Origin: Octopus vulgaris
Lineage: Eukaryota
NCBI GenBank assembly: GCA_951406725.2
Contig: OX597819.1
Coordinates: 60,264,001 to 60,328,000, forward strand
Reading direction: 5' to 3'
Length of the DNA stretch: 64,000 nucleotides
Shown here: in pieces, positions 51,440 to 63,132 of the stretch
Layout of the letters: each line of letters opens with the position of its first letter
Numbering within the stretch: the stretch's first letter is position 1
Notes under the pieces: generated by a model
Databases searched by the model: none
The model's input: only the letters and a program-made list of their open reading frames with translations
What the model was told of the DNA's origin: nothing
Program-made: the position numbers and the translations under genes

Positions 51440-52662
51440 AATATCTATAAAACTGTCAAAAGCTTGTTTATTTTTATATTTTTTGGTTAATTATTAGTGT
51501 TGCTTAATATGTTTTGCTAAAATTGCTGTTCCTTTTCAGATATCATCAGAAAAAGGTAATTAAAATTCATTAGAATGACAGATCTATTGGACTTTCAAAG
51601 AGGTCAAATTGTTGGTGTTCGTATGGCAGGCACTAGCGTAACGAAAACAACCGAAATGTTTAGTGTATCAAGAAGTACTGTCTCGAAAGTGATGACAGCC
51701 TTTGAGAAAGAGAGAAAAACCTCCTCGTCGAAACAAAACTCTAGAAGAAAACCAAAACTTTCAGATAGGAACTGTTGGACTCTTACGTGAATTGTTAGAA
51801 AGGATCACAAAAGTACAGCTTCCAGAATACTGCAGAGATTAATGACCACCTCGAGAACCCAGTTTCCACAAAAACTGTCTGCCGGGAGCTGCACAAAGCT
51901 GGATTTCATGGGAGGGCTGCAATCAGAAAACCACTACTTTCAAAAACAAACATCGTAAAGCATTTAGAGTGGAGTAAAAACCTACAGAATTGGTCCCAGA
52001 GCAGTGGAAGAATATTATTTTCTCGGACGAGTTATCCTTTATCTTATTTCCAACCACTGGCCGAGTATACTTGTAGAGACAGCCAAAAGAAGCATTTGAT
52101 CCAGACTGCCTTCTTCCAACTGTTAAACATGGAGGAAGATCTATAATGATCGGGGATGGTGAGGTGCTATATCTTGGAAATTTACCAGCCCAATGGTTTC
52201 AATTCATGGCAGAATTAATAGTCAAGAATATTGAAGCATTTTATCTGATCAAATTTATCCTAGGGTTGCAGAACTGTTTCTGGAGGGAAATGCAATCTTT
52301 CAGGATGATAATGCACCAATTCACACAGCTAAAGTTGTTACTGAATGGCAGGAGGAACATTCTAGTGAAGTTGAACATCTTATTTGGCCATCACAGTCCC
52401 CAGATATCAATATTATTGAACATTTATGGTGCATTTTAGAAAAATAAGTAAGGAGTCGATATTCTCCACTATCATCACTACAAGAACTGGAGACTGTTTT
52501 AGCTGAAGAATGGACAAAAATTCCTTTGGAAGCAATTCAAACTTTGTGTGAGTCCACACCTCAGAATTCAAGCTGTAATTATTGCCAAAGTTGGTCCTAC
52601 CCCATATTATAATATACTTGTTTGAAATTTTAAGGTGTTTCCATTATTTTGTCCAACCCCTG
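51440..52662 (+). mobile_element. Tc1-like DNA transposon, left TIR missing
   Basis: Right TIR ggtgtttccattattttgtccaacccctg|TA. Confidence 0.85.
51575..52612 (+). pseudogene. Tc1-family transposase pseudogene with DD36E spacing
   Basis: HTH MTDLLDFQRGQIVG...VSRSTVSKV, RKPLL, IFSDE, TVKHGG, FQDDNAPIH, WPSQSPDINIIEHLW; several stops and frameshifts. Confidence 0.9.
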
Positions 52663-52686
52663 TATATATATATATATATATATATA

Positions 52687-53476
52687 CTAAGCATAGCCCG
52701 GCGTTGCCCGGGTATGTAAGAGTCTCTAGTAGGCAATGACTAATCCCAATCTAGTCCTTTCCCTCTAGGGAATGAAGGCGCATGTGTAGGTTGCAATGTC
52801 TTCTCTTCACTCCCAAATAACTATCAAACAGCTATCGATAATTCAACCCAACCAATTCCTACCAGGAAGAAATTACATTCGAGACTTTACCCCAACACTT
52901 CTGCTAATAGCTGCTGCAGCCGCAAGTTATTCGAATACTTTTTTTGTTTACACTTTCTTTATAACTACCACCCCAAACGTTTTACCTTAAATTTTTGACG
53001 TACCCTAAGGGTCCTCGGACGCTACTTGCAAACTCTTGGTTTATTATAAACCGCTTTTGTCGTGTGCACCAAAAAACCTTTTCCATTCGTTTGTTCAGTT
53101 TGGTCACTTTTGACTTTTTCGTTCTTGTCACTCACATTGCTGCCTGCTTTTTTGCTGTTTTTGTACATTTTTATACATTTTGGGATACTTACCCCACGTG
53201 TTCCGAGAGTTAAAAAGGTCGAGTTGCGTCCCCTAGACAGCCTGTAGAAAATGTGTTGCATATAAAAAGCTTAGATTCTCGACCCATGTCGAATTTATCG
53301 ATTCTTTTTCAGAACTGGGGGAACTTTTCAAAATTTTCGCTGTGTTAGTTTTGAATTATGACATTGGGCTACGTGTGTGTTAAGTTTCATCAGAATCGGT
53401 TGAAAGCCGTGGTCAGGGTGAGGGTACAACCTGACAGACACACAGACACACAAACTGCCGTTTATATATAGAGAGA
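52687..53476 (-). mobile_element. Non-autonomous Helitron (family H2)
   Basis: Minus: A|TCTCTCTATATATAAACGG ... cccgg-gcaacg-ccggg ctatg CTTAG|T. Confidence 0.78.
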
Positions 53477-53832
53477 TTACACACACACACACATATATCA
53501 TATTCTGTTCATGTTGGTTCCTTTATATTACCTTAGTATTTTCTTATATATATGTGTGTGTGTATGTATGTATGCATGTATATATACATATATATATACA
53601 CATATATAAACATATATATATATACACACACATATATATATATATAAAGGAAATGAAGAAAATGCTGATAAAATAATTTAAGTAATTTAAGTAATTTAAT
53701 TAGGTGAAAGTTCTTTTTACCGGTTGCACATTTGTTATGCTTATCAAAATATATTTTTTAAAGAGAGATTAGAGTTCCTTTTCTGATAGATTTTTTCCTC
53801 TTATCTGACTTTATGTTGGGTTTGCTGTCTCT

Positions 53833-53889
<57 letters not shown>

Positions 53890-54671
53890 ATGGTTCAAAA
53901 TGTACAAAAAACAAAAAACAGAATACAGAGACAGGTGACGGCACAACAAACAAGGATTGATACTTTTTTTTTATTAGTTTGATGTCCAGGGAAAATAGAA
54001 GAATCTTTGATGTTTTGAGCCTCTTAACACGCACACATATATATATATATATATGCACATACATGCCAGGATGGTCGAAATTAAGTATACAGTAGCTTAA
54101 AATAGACAGAATTAAAAAAGAAAGAGAAATCAAAAGAACATTCCAATCATGTTAAGCAACTGTATACCTACTTTTGCCCATCCTTATATATATGTGTGTG
54201 TGTGTGTATACACATACATACATACATACAAACATACATAAATATATATAAAAGCACAGATCTAAGAGAAAGAATATTTTTGATGAAAATGATCAAACAA
54301 TTCGTACTATACAAATTTCTGGTTAAGCAAACACTCAAATCTCTAAGGGATTTGATACTTCAGCTCAGATAGTTTTCCATTGAAAGTGTGAGGAGGAAGA
54401 TGGAATAAATTCGCACCAACTGAAAGACATTTCTATACACATAAAGTCCATATATATCTACAAACACAAAGAAAACCGCCTATTTGTAATACGGAAAGAA
54501 ACAAAAAAAAATTATTATTCCGTTGATCAATGACAGGATACTATTCCAAGCTATCTTCCAAGCCGGCCTATCAATCATTTTAATAATTTCCCAAGTGTTA
54601 GAGTGGAGTATACATGGATGCATATGCATACATATATACATGCATACATACATACATACATACATATATAT

Positions 54672-55113
54672 ATGGCACACGAGAAAACCATCCGAACGTG
54701 GCCGTAGCCAGTGCCGCACCGACTGGCCTCCATGCTGTGGGCACGTAACAATCACCATCCGATCGTGGCCGATCGCCAGCCTCATCTGGCTCCTGTGTCG
54801 GTGGCACATAAAAAACACCATCCGAGCGTGGTCGTCTGCTAGCCTTGTCTGGCACCTGTGTCGGTGGCACATAAAAACACCATCCGAGCGTGGCCGTTCG
54901 CCAGCCTCGTCTGGCACCTGTGTCGGTGGCACATAAAATCACCCACTACACTCTCGGAGTGGTTGGCGTTAGGAAGGGCATCCAGCTGTAGAAACACTGC
55001 CAGATCTGACTGGCCTGGTGCAGCCTTCGGGCTCCCCAGACCCCAGTTGAACCGTCCAACCCATGCTAGCATGGAAAGCGGACGTTAAATGATGATGATG
55101 ATGATGATGATGA

Positions 55114-55116
<3 letters not shown>
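54672..55116 (+). mobile_element. RTE 3'-end fragment, same subfamily as 7768-8230
   Basis: Near-identical tandem units gccagcctcgtctggcacctgtgtcggtggcacataaaa and a (GAT)n tail. Confidence 0.88.
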
Positions 55117-55152
<36 letters not shown>

Positions 55153-55155
<3 letters not shown>

Positions 55156-55531
55156 CACAGGAGTGGCTGTGTGGTAAGTAGCTTGCTAACCAACCACATG
55201 GTTCCGGGTTCAGTCCCCCGGGCCGACCAATGCCTTGTGAGTGGATTTCGTAGACGGAAACTGAAAGAAGCCTGTCGTATATATGTATATATATATAAGT
55301 GTGTGTGTATATGTTTGTGTGTCTGTGTTTGTCCCCCTTACATTGCTTGACAACCGATGCTGGTGTGTTTACGTCCCCGTCACTTAGCGGTTCGGCAAAA
55401 AGAGACCGATAGAATAAGTACTGGGCTTACAAAGAATAAGTCCCGGGGTCGATTTGCTCGACTAAAGGTGGTGCTGCAGCATGGCCGCAGTCAAATGATT
55501 GAAACGAGTAAAAGAGTAAAAGAGAAAAGAG

Positions 55532-55532
<1 letters not shown>
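55153..55532 (+). mobile_element. SINE family A (small deletion in head)
   Basis: Matches 30087-30500. Confidence 0.88.
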
Positions 55533-55586
<54 letters not shown>

Positions 55587-55619
55587 AACATATATATAAA
55601 CATATATATATAATAAGTA

Positions 55620-56348
55620 CCAGCCATGCGTGTGTCATTGCCTGTGCTGCCTGGCTGGTTCCCTGTGCTGGTGGCATGTAAAAAACACCAAACATGATTG
55701 ATGCTACCACCTTGCCCCGATTGACTCTTGTACTGGTAGCACATGAAAAGCACCATGCAAACATGGCTGATGCCAGTGCCGCCTGACTGGCTCCCATACC
55801 TGTGGTATGTAAAAAGCACCCTCTATGCTCTCAGAGTGGTTGGCGTTGGGAAGGGACATCAAGCTGTAGAAACATTGCCGGATCATATTGGAGCCTGGTG
55901 CGACCTCCTGGCTTGCCAGTCCCCAGTCAAACCATCCAACCCATGCCAGAATGGAAAATGGACATTAAACTATGATGATGATATATATATATATATATAT
56001 ACACAGATACACATCATCATCATCATCTAGTGTCTGCTTTCCAAGCTGGCATGGCTTAGACAGTTTGATTGGAACTGGTAAGTCAGAGAACTGCACCAAG
56101 TTCCACTCTGATTTGGCCTGGTTTCTATGGCTGGATGCCCTTCCAAATGCCAACCACTCTGAGAGTGTAATGGGTTCTTTTTATGTGCCACTGGCACAGG
56201 TGCTTTTTACATGACACGAGTAACAGCAACAACTACGATTTCATGGTTTCTCTTGGTTTGATGAGTCTTCTCAAGCACAGTATATTTCCAAGTCACTTGT
56301 CATCACTGCCATGAGGTCCAACATTCATAGATCATGTTTCATCACCTT
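55620..56348. mobile_element. Two RTE 3' fragments, tail to tail (+ 55620-55981, - 56012-56348)
   Basis: (GAT)n and (CAT)n tails face a shared (TA)n. Confidence 0.75.
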
Positions 56349-56426
56349 GTATATATATATACACATACATACATACACATACATATATATATTATATACA
56401 TATATATATGTATATATACATATACA

Positions 56427-56472
<46 letters not shown>

Positions 56473-56491
56473 CACATACATTAATATCTCA

Positions 56492-56925
56492 TAGGTGCCA
56501 GTGTTGGTGTGTGACTAAAAAGCTTCTCAACCATGAGGTTATGGGTTCAGTCCCACTGCACAGTGACTTGGGTATGTGCCTTCTATACTGGGCTGGCCAA
56601 AGCCTTGTGACTGGAATTGGTATACAGAAATTGAAAGAAGCCCATCGCATATGATATATGTATGTCTGGGTTTATTTGTGTATCCCCTTGTCTAAATATC
56701 ATGTGATGATTTTAAATAAGCATCATCATCACCATATAAGCATGATTATTTTTGTTTCCAGTCTTCCATGAAAAACATGTCTGGCTGTGGGGAAATATTA
56801 CCTTGCTTGGAAAGAGGTGAGGGTTGGTGACAGGAAGGGCATCCGGCTGTAGAAAATCTGCCTCAACAAATACCGTCTGACCTATGCAAGTATGGAACAA
56901 ATGAACATTAAATGATGATGATGAA
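56492..56925 (+). mobile_element. SINE with family-A head and RTE-type tail
   Basis: gggttcagtcccactgc head; ggtgacaggaagggcatccggctgtagaaa tail; (GAT)n. Confidence 0.78.
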
Positions 56926-57168
56926 CTGGAAATGAAAATTTGCATAAAATGAAAGATGGGGAAGTGCTAAAGGAGTAAATACCAAATTGAACCAGCTTGA
57001 AAAAAAAAATTTTTTTAATTCAGAGTTGAGGGTGCTAGAGAGCCCTTTACTGGTGGGCAATACAGATGGAGAACATCCTAAACATCTATCTCAAAAGCTT
57101 TGTTGACATAGATGCCTGTTACTTTCAATTATACATCTTTACACAAACCAACAAGAGATCAGTTATGC

Positions 57169-57484
57169 CATTGGTTCTCGGCCATTTTTTGTTTGTTCTA
57201 GTAGGACCCCCATAATCATTCAGTGTTTAAAAACTAGTTTTAGAGGTGCTTCTTTCAAAATTCCTATTTTGTTTTTCACACATTCACTTATGTAGGTTGA
57301 ACTATGTAAAATGTCACAGAAAGAAGCCTAGCTGTTTCTTGTAATAAATACATTTAAAGCAAAATTGTTGTCATGGACCCTTAAAATACTATTGTAAATC
57401 TCCGATTTACTAATTTGCTTGCATGACCCCCCAAAAGTCTTATGTGAACCCCAGGGGCATATGGACACCAGCTAAGAAACACTG
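57169..57484. mobile_element. hAT (Charlie-like) MITE, degenerate
   Basis: Ends cattggttctc / aagaaacactg, with repeated ggaccc subterminal motifs. Confidence 0.5.
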
Positions 57485-57961
57485 TTCTATACTGTCACTA
57501 GAAATATCAGCCAAATCTCCCTCAAATCCTATCCTGATATAACAAAAAGATGGGATGATCTTTGATAATTGGCTTGCTTGATCCGGGCTATCCCAGGGCT
57601 AAACAACAACAATCTAGACACAAAAATGGACCAATGGAATGCTCCTGATCATAGGTCTGCTCAATCAGGCATGACTGCAGATCAAAAACAGTAATGAAAT
57701 TTATATTAGATGCAAGGTTAACAACAAAAAAAAACATCCTCCTCTAAAAAAAAAAGAAGCAAAAACTGAGCAATTTCAGGAGATTGCAATCCATCTAGAA
57801 TGGGAAAAAAAGGTTGTCAAAATGTTTCCTTATTGAGGATATTATTGATAATGACATGACGATGACGACAATGATGATGTTATGATCAGGACTGTCGCTA
57901 GCAGCAGCGTCTCCATCTACAACATCAAGAAACATCCATTTAGCTCATTATATATATATGT

Positions 57962-57994
<33 letters not shown>

Positions 57995-57995
<1 letters not shown>

Positions 57996-58668
57996 CAAAT
58001 TCGATGACTGGCATCTGTGCTAGCAGGGTGCAAAGAGCACCATACGAGTGTGATCGTTTGACAGAGCGGCTAACCGGCTTCCATGCCAGTGGCACATAAA
58101 AGGGCACCATTTGAGTGTGATAGTTACCAGTGTTGCCTTACTGGCACTTGTGCTCATGCTAGTAGGGTGCCAAGAGCACCATCAGAGTGTGATCGTTGCC
58201 AAAGCAGCCAACTGGCTTCCATGCTGGTGGCATGTAAAAGGGCACCATTTGAGCATGATTGTTACCAACGTTGCCTTACTGGCACTTGTGCCGGTGGTAT
58301 GTGTAAAAAGATTTGAGCGAGGTCATTGCCAGTACCGCCTGACTGGCCCCCGTGCCATGGCACGTAAAAGGGCACCATTCGAGCGTGATCGTTACCAATG
58401 TTGCCTTACTGGCACCTGTGCCGGTGGCATGTGTAAAAAGATTCGAGTGAGGTCATTGCCAGTACCGCCTGACTGGCCCCGTGCCGGTGGCATGTAAAAA
58501 GCACCCACTACACTCTCAGAGTAGTTGGCGTTAGGAATGACATCCAGCAGTAGAAACTCTGCCAGATCAAGATTGGAGCCTGGTGCAGCCATCTGGTTCG
58601 TCAGCCCTCTGTCAAAATCGTCCAACCCATGCTAGCATGGAAAGCGGACGTTAAACGATGATGATGAT
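57995..58668 (+). mobile_element. RTE 3' end with eight ~65-nt tandem modules
   Basis: Repeated (g/a)tgccggtggca.gtaaaa units, then the standard tail and (GAT)n. Confidence 0.85.
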
Positions 58669-58677
58669 ATATATATA

Positions 58678-58878
58678 CTGTTGTGTCTGGAGAAGGTCAT
58701 TTTCTTTTTTGTACCTTATAATTTAACACACTCACTGGTAAAATTTCCACTTATTTCTTATTTTTTAAAATAGAAATAAAAATGAAAATAAAAAAATAAG
58801 AAATAAGTGGAAATTTTACCGGTGAGTGTGTTAAATTATACGGCACAAAAAGAAAATGACTCTCCCCAGACACAACAG
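58678..58878. mobile_element. Hairpin MITE (~85-bp arms)
   Basis: ctgttgtgtctgg...ttccacttatttcttatttt / aaaataagaaataagtggaa...ccagacacaacag. Confidence 0.85.
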
Positions 58879-58938
58879 AATACGCTTCAACACAAACTCA
58901 CATAAAGAATCTTGCAAACCAAATCCAAAATCGAAATA

Positions 58939-59025
<87 letters not shown>

Positions 59026-59399
59026 AGAAAATGGAGATACATCAATTAATAAGTATATTTATTAGCTAATCCCTGCATGGATTGGATCTGTGCAAATATG
59101 TGTGTGTATGCATGTGTGCGTGCGTGTGTGCGTACACATGTGTGTGTGTAGTTATGTACAGTGGTATTTAACATGTTCTTGTACACTTGAACATGCAAAG
59201 GACATGGAAAGACAATACACTGCATAAATCTTCTAGAAATAATTTGTGCAGCATATTGTCTTTCCATATCCGAGAGTACATAAATATGATTAATATCTCT
59301 ATGTATGTATACACACACACACAAAGGCAGACTGGAGCTCGATGTATCTCTTTGGCTCATCTGTTCATGCTGAACTAACCCATGCCAGTATAGAAAAAC

Positions 59400-59628
59400 A
59401 TGGCAGAAACGTCAGCACGCAGGGGCGAAATGCTTACCAGTATTTCGTCTGTCTTTATGTTCTGAGTTCAAATTCCGCCGCGGTCGACTTTGCCTTCGTC
59501 CTTTCGGGGTCGATTAAATAAGTACCAGTTACACACTGGAGTCAATATAATCGATTTAATCCGTTTGTGTGTCCTTGTTTGTCCTCTCTGTGTTTAGCCC
59601 CTTGTGGGCAATAAAAAAAATAAGAAAT
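59400..59628 (+). mobile_element. SINE family B
   Basis: tggcagaaacgtcagcacg...gagttcaaattccgcc...gtgggcaataaa. Confidence 0.85.
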
Positions 59629-60456
59629 AAATATAGAAAAACACATATTAAATAATTATAATTTCTTTATTAACCATGAAGTTGAGAAAAAAAGGAGACG
59701 ATATGAAGACAGACAAAACAAGCATTGGGGTCAGTGGTCTTCCAAAAGAAACCACTTATATAAAAAAAAAAAACAACTCATCAGTATATAAAAAAACAGA
59801 CAATAGTAAAGTTTTGTGCCTTTTCCTTGCAGCATAAATATTTCTAATTAGATTTATGATACTCACAACATTAAATTTCGTTAACATAGTAATAACACTA
59901 ACATCTGTTTATTTTCTATATTTGGTTTTATCTATGTAAATATTTATACTGTCTGGTCAGAAAATTACTGTGTGTATGTGGTGAAAGAGAGAGAGAGAGA
60001 GAGACAGAGAGAGAGAAAGAGAAAGATCGTGTATGTGTGTGTGGTCATTTGTTTACCATAGAATCAGTTTAGAATTACATTGCACTACATAAATAACGAG
60101 GGAAAATATATCAAGGTTTCAATCGAAAGTTCACTTGCTTTAAATAATAAGTGTTAATCAGTTAAATAGCTTTAATGAAGTACTGAAGCGAAAATGGAGA
60201 AGACATGTTGTAGTGTTTTTGTGTCTATATTTGAAACCCATGATCAAAGTCAAAAACCTTAACAACAGAACAACATAGCAGCATAGTGACATTCATTTTC
60301 CTTTCATTTATAGGGAGAATGCAAAAGTTTGTCAAATTTCTTCCACAACAAAAATAAATAAATAGATAAAGTGAATTTGTTTGGGAAGGAAAAACATTGG
60401 AGTGTATATTCATCGTACATGTCTCAGTTCTTCTGTATGTCATCCTGTGATGTACC

Positions 60457-60869
60457 CAGCACTGGATTAACCATTAAGCAAAATAAGCATGTGCTTAGGG
60501 TATCAAATAGCAGAGGGACACCACAGAAATGGTAAATGGTTAACGGCACAAAAGAAATCATTTTAAACTAGCTAAAGTAAGATTCAAAGTGGTTTAAATG
60601 ACTGGAAATATAAATTTGAAGTATTTATGGTGTCATAGCAACGATCTGATCAAAGACTTTGCAATTAAAAAAGTAGGAGGAAACTTTTAAAATATAAATA
60701 AAATACAAGTATACAAAAATAAATATTATTCTTCATCATACTGTTGGTTTTCTTTCATTTTGAAAAAAAAAACATGGTTCATTATAGTTTATATTTTGAA
60801 TGACATATATATGGGGTCACCAAAATCTTTTAAGTGCTTAGAGCCTTTATGGGTCTTAATCTGGCCCTA
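60457..60869 (+). mobile_element. Deleted hAT-like element
   Basis: Ends cagcactggattaa / ttaatctggcccta; internal DLIKDFAIKK resembles a hAT C-terminus. Confidence 0.5.
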
Positions 60870-60923
60870 GGACACATCATCAGTGATGCTTCCTGATATC
60901 ATTGAGTGTTTCAGGCCTTTCAG

Positions 60924-61589
60924 CAGTGGTAGCTTGTGTATAGGCACTGCAGAACTGCAGCACCCCCTATTTCCACTTGATATTATCAATAACATTCAAT
61001 AGAATGAGTCCTTTTTTCTTTAATTCTTTCTTTATACTTGTACATTATATAATCCTTAAGCTTAATGACAGTAGCCATCCCCTAGTTTATGAAGAAAATA
61101 CAAAAATCCTTATATAGAATTGTGCACTTCACAGTTCCAGTGATGCAGTGTTTGGCTGTTGTATGCATGTTCACATGTCCAAGATAGGTTGCTTCATGCT
61201 AGGGAGGGACAGCACTGTCGTTCACACAGTGCTGGTGAAAGTATCTTGTGCTTAAAAATGTGTTTATTTTCTTGAATGTGATAAAGTGTATAATTAGATT
61301 ATTATCCTGCTTCCAGCTTCAGTGTTGCTGCCAGGATTTACAAAATAGGGCAGATTTTAACCCTCCTTATTTTGTGATTTAGGGGGGATTTTTGAAAAAC
61401 AAGGGGGAATCTGTGGCGGTGTTCAGTGAACAAATTAAACATACTACCTGGTAGTGGCTAAAGCGTGAACCGATCAAGTTTATGTAATTTTCTTTTTATA
61501 TGTTTGTTTTCTTTTACACAATATTAAAAACAACTGCTAAAAATTTTCTGAAGCAGCACCCCCTAAATTTTATCTATGATCCACCATTG
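60924..61589. mobile_element. hAT-type MITE with a perfect 8-bp TSD
   Basis: cctttcag at 60916-60923 and 61590-61597; ends cagtggt.. / ..ccaccattg; subterminal gcagcaccccct at both ends. Confidence 0.8.
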
Positions 61590-62048
61590 CCTTTCAGCAT
61601 CAGACATCCTCACCCAGGTGACTCAGCTGGTGTTTATCAACTCCCTGGCTTGTGTCCAGTTTGCAATACTCTTGATAGCACTTCTATTTCCAGTACTGGA
61701 ATCTCCTGATCCACAGCCACTCTGATACAACTTCTGCTGCCTCCACAACCAGCCTGATGGCCTTCTGCTTATTGGTCCCTGAATTTGTCAACTAAAAGAC
61801 AAAACTGAACTACAAGCAATGGAAGTGTTGCTATGTAGTCACAAAAAAAGCTAGAAATAGCAGCTAGCTCTCCTTCACATCACACCTTACTGGCTTTAAA
61901 AAGCAAAGGACACATTGCATAATATAGTCCTAGTTACACTATGTCATAGAGTATGGTCTGTATTACTGGTTTGACATTATGTTGTCTCAAATATTATATA
62001 CAGAGATTTTGGAATCCAAACATTTTACACAAAATGTATAACAACAAT

Positions 62049-62461
62049 TCTTTTACTCTTTTACTTGTTTCAGTCATTTGACTGCAGCCATGCTGGAGCA
62101 CTGCCTTTAGTCGAGCAAATCAACCCCAGGACTTATTCTTTGTAAGCCTAGTACTTATTCTATCGGTCTCCTTTTGCTGAACTGCTAAGTTACAGGGACG
62201 TAAACACAGCAGCATCAGTTGTCAAGCGATGTTGGGTGGGAGACAAACACAGACACAAACATAGACACACACATACATATATACATATACATATATACGA
62301 CAGTCTTCTTTCAGTTTCCGTCTACCAAATCCACTCCCAAGGCTTTGGTCAGCCCGAGGCTATAGTAGAAGACACTTGCCCAAGGTGCCACACAGTGGGA
62401 CTGAACCTGGAACCATGTGGTTCGTAAGCAAGCTACTTACCACACAGCCACTCCTGCACCT
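62049..62461 (-). mobile_element. SINE family A, full length
   Basis: Reverse complement of the 30087 copy. Confidence 0.9.
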
Positions 62462-62985
62462 ATTCTGATGATCATTTAACAAGACATTTTACATGCAAAT
62501 TTTTTATTTTTTGCTAATAAATTATTTTGTGAACAAAAATAAATAACCAAACAGTCCAAACATTGACATTTTGTTTTTTAATTAATCTGATCAATATTAA
62601 CAGTGACATTTATTTTCTGTGAGTGTTGGGATTGAGTTGGCATCTTGCCTGTAGTGAACTTTAGTGATTTACTTGGTTCAGATCAGTTTTGCATCTCTAT
62701 CATTCCTCAAGTCAGTGTTGTTATATTTAAGGCAGGGTGGGAAGGAGATGTCAGTACTTCTTATTCATGGACTGTCTGTCATTTTCATTGAATGACGATC
62801 ATTTCACTTGACCATCATGAGCTTATTGTATACAGTGCTCAGGTGTGCTACTGCTTGTGAGTAAAAGTTAAAAGGGGAGTCAGAAAGCACAGAGATAAGT
62901 CAAGTAAAGAACAACAGCAATAAAGGCTAGAAATACATTCACAGTTCACAGAATAAAACAAAAAACAGATAGAAAAGTGAATTTT

Positions 62986-63132
62986 CTTTTCTACTCTAGA
63001 CACAAGGCCCAAAATTTTTGTGGAGGGGGCCAGTCAATTAGACCGACCCCAGTATGCAATTGGTACTTAATTAATCGACCCCCAAAAAGATGAAAGGCAA
63101 AGTTGACCTTGGCAGAATTTGAACTCAGAACT
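62986..63132 (-). mobile_element. SINE family B, 3' part
   Basis: ggtacttaattaatcgaccc...gaaaggcaaagttgacctt...tttgaactcagaac. Confidence 0.75.

Larger units (their letters stand above)
60435..61790 (-). mobile_element. HERO/NeSL-like RLE non-LTR 3' end interrupted by two hAT elements
   Basis: Minus ~61695-61780 reads SGTNKQKAIRLVVEAAEVVSEWLWIRR (recalled HERO C-terminus EAAE.AS.WLW.R). The 3' UTR runs ggacacaagcc...gtctgatg...gaaacac...catcactgatgatgtgtcc. Confidence 0.65.

Noticed and set aside
58005-58505. CRISPR-like look (palindromic repeat plus variable spacer), also at 7925-8225
   Set aside because: The spacers are homologous to each other, the array is part of an RTE 3' UTR ending in (GAT)n, and there are no cas genes in this eukaryotic context.
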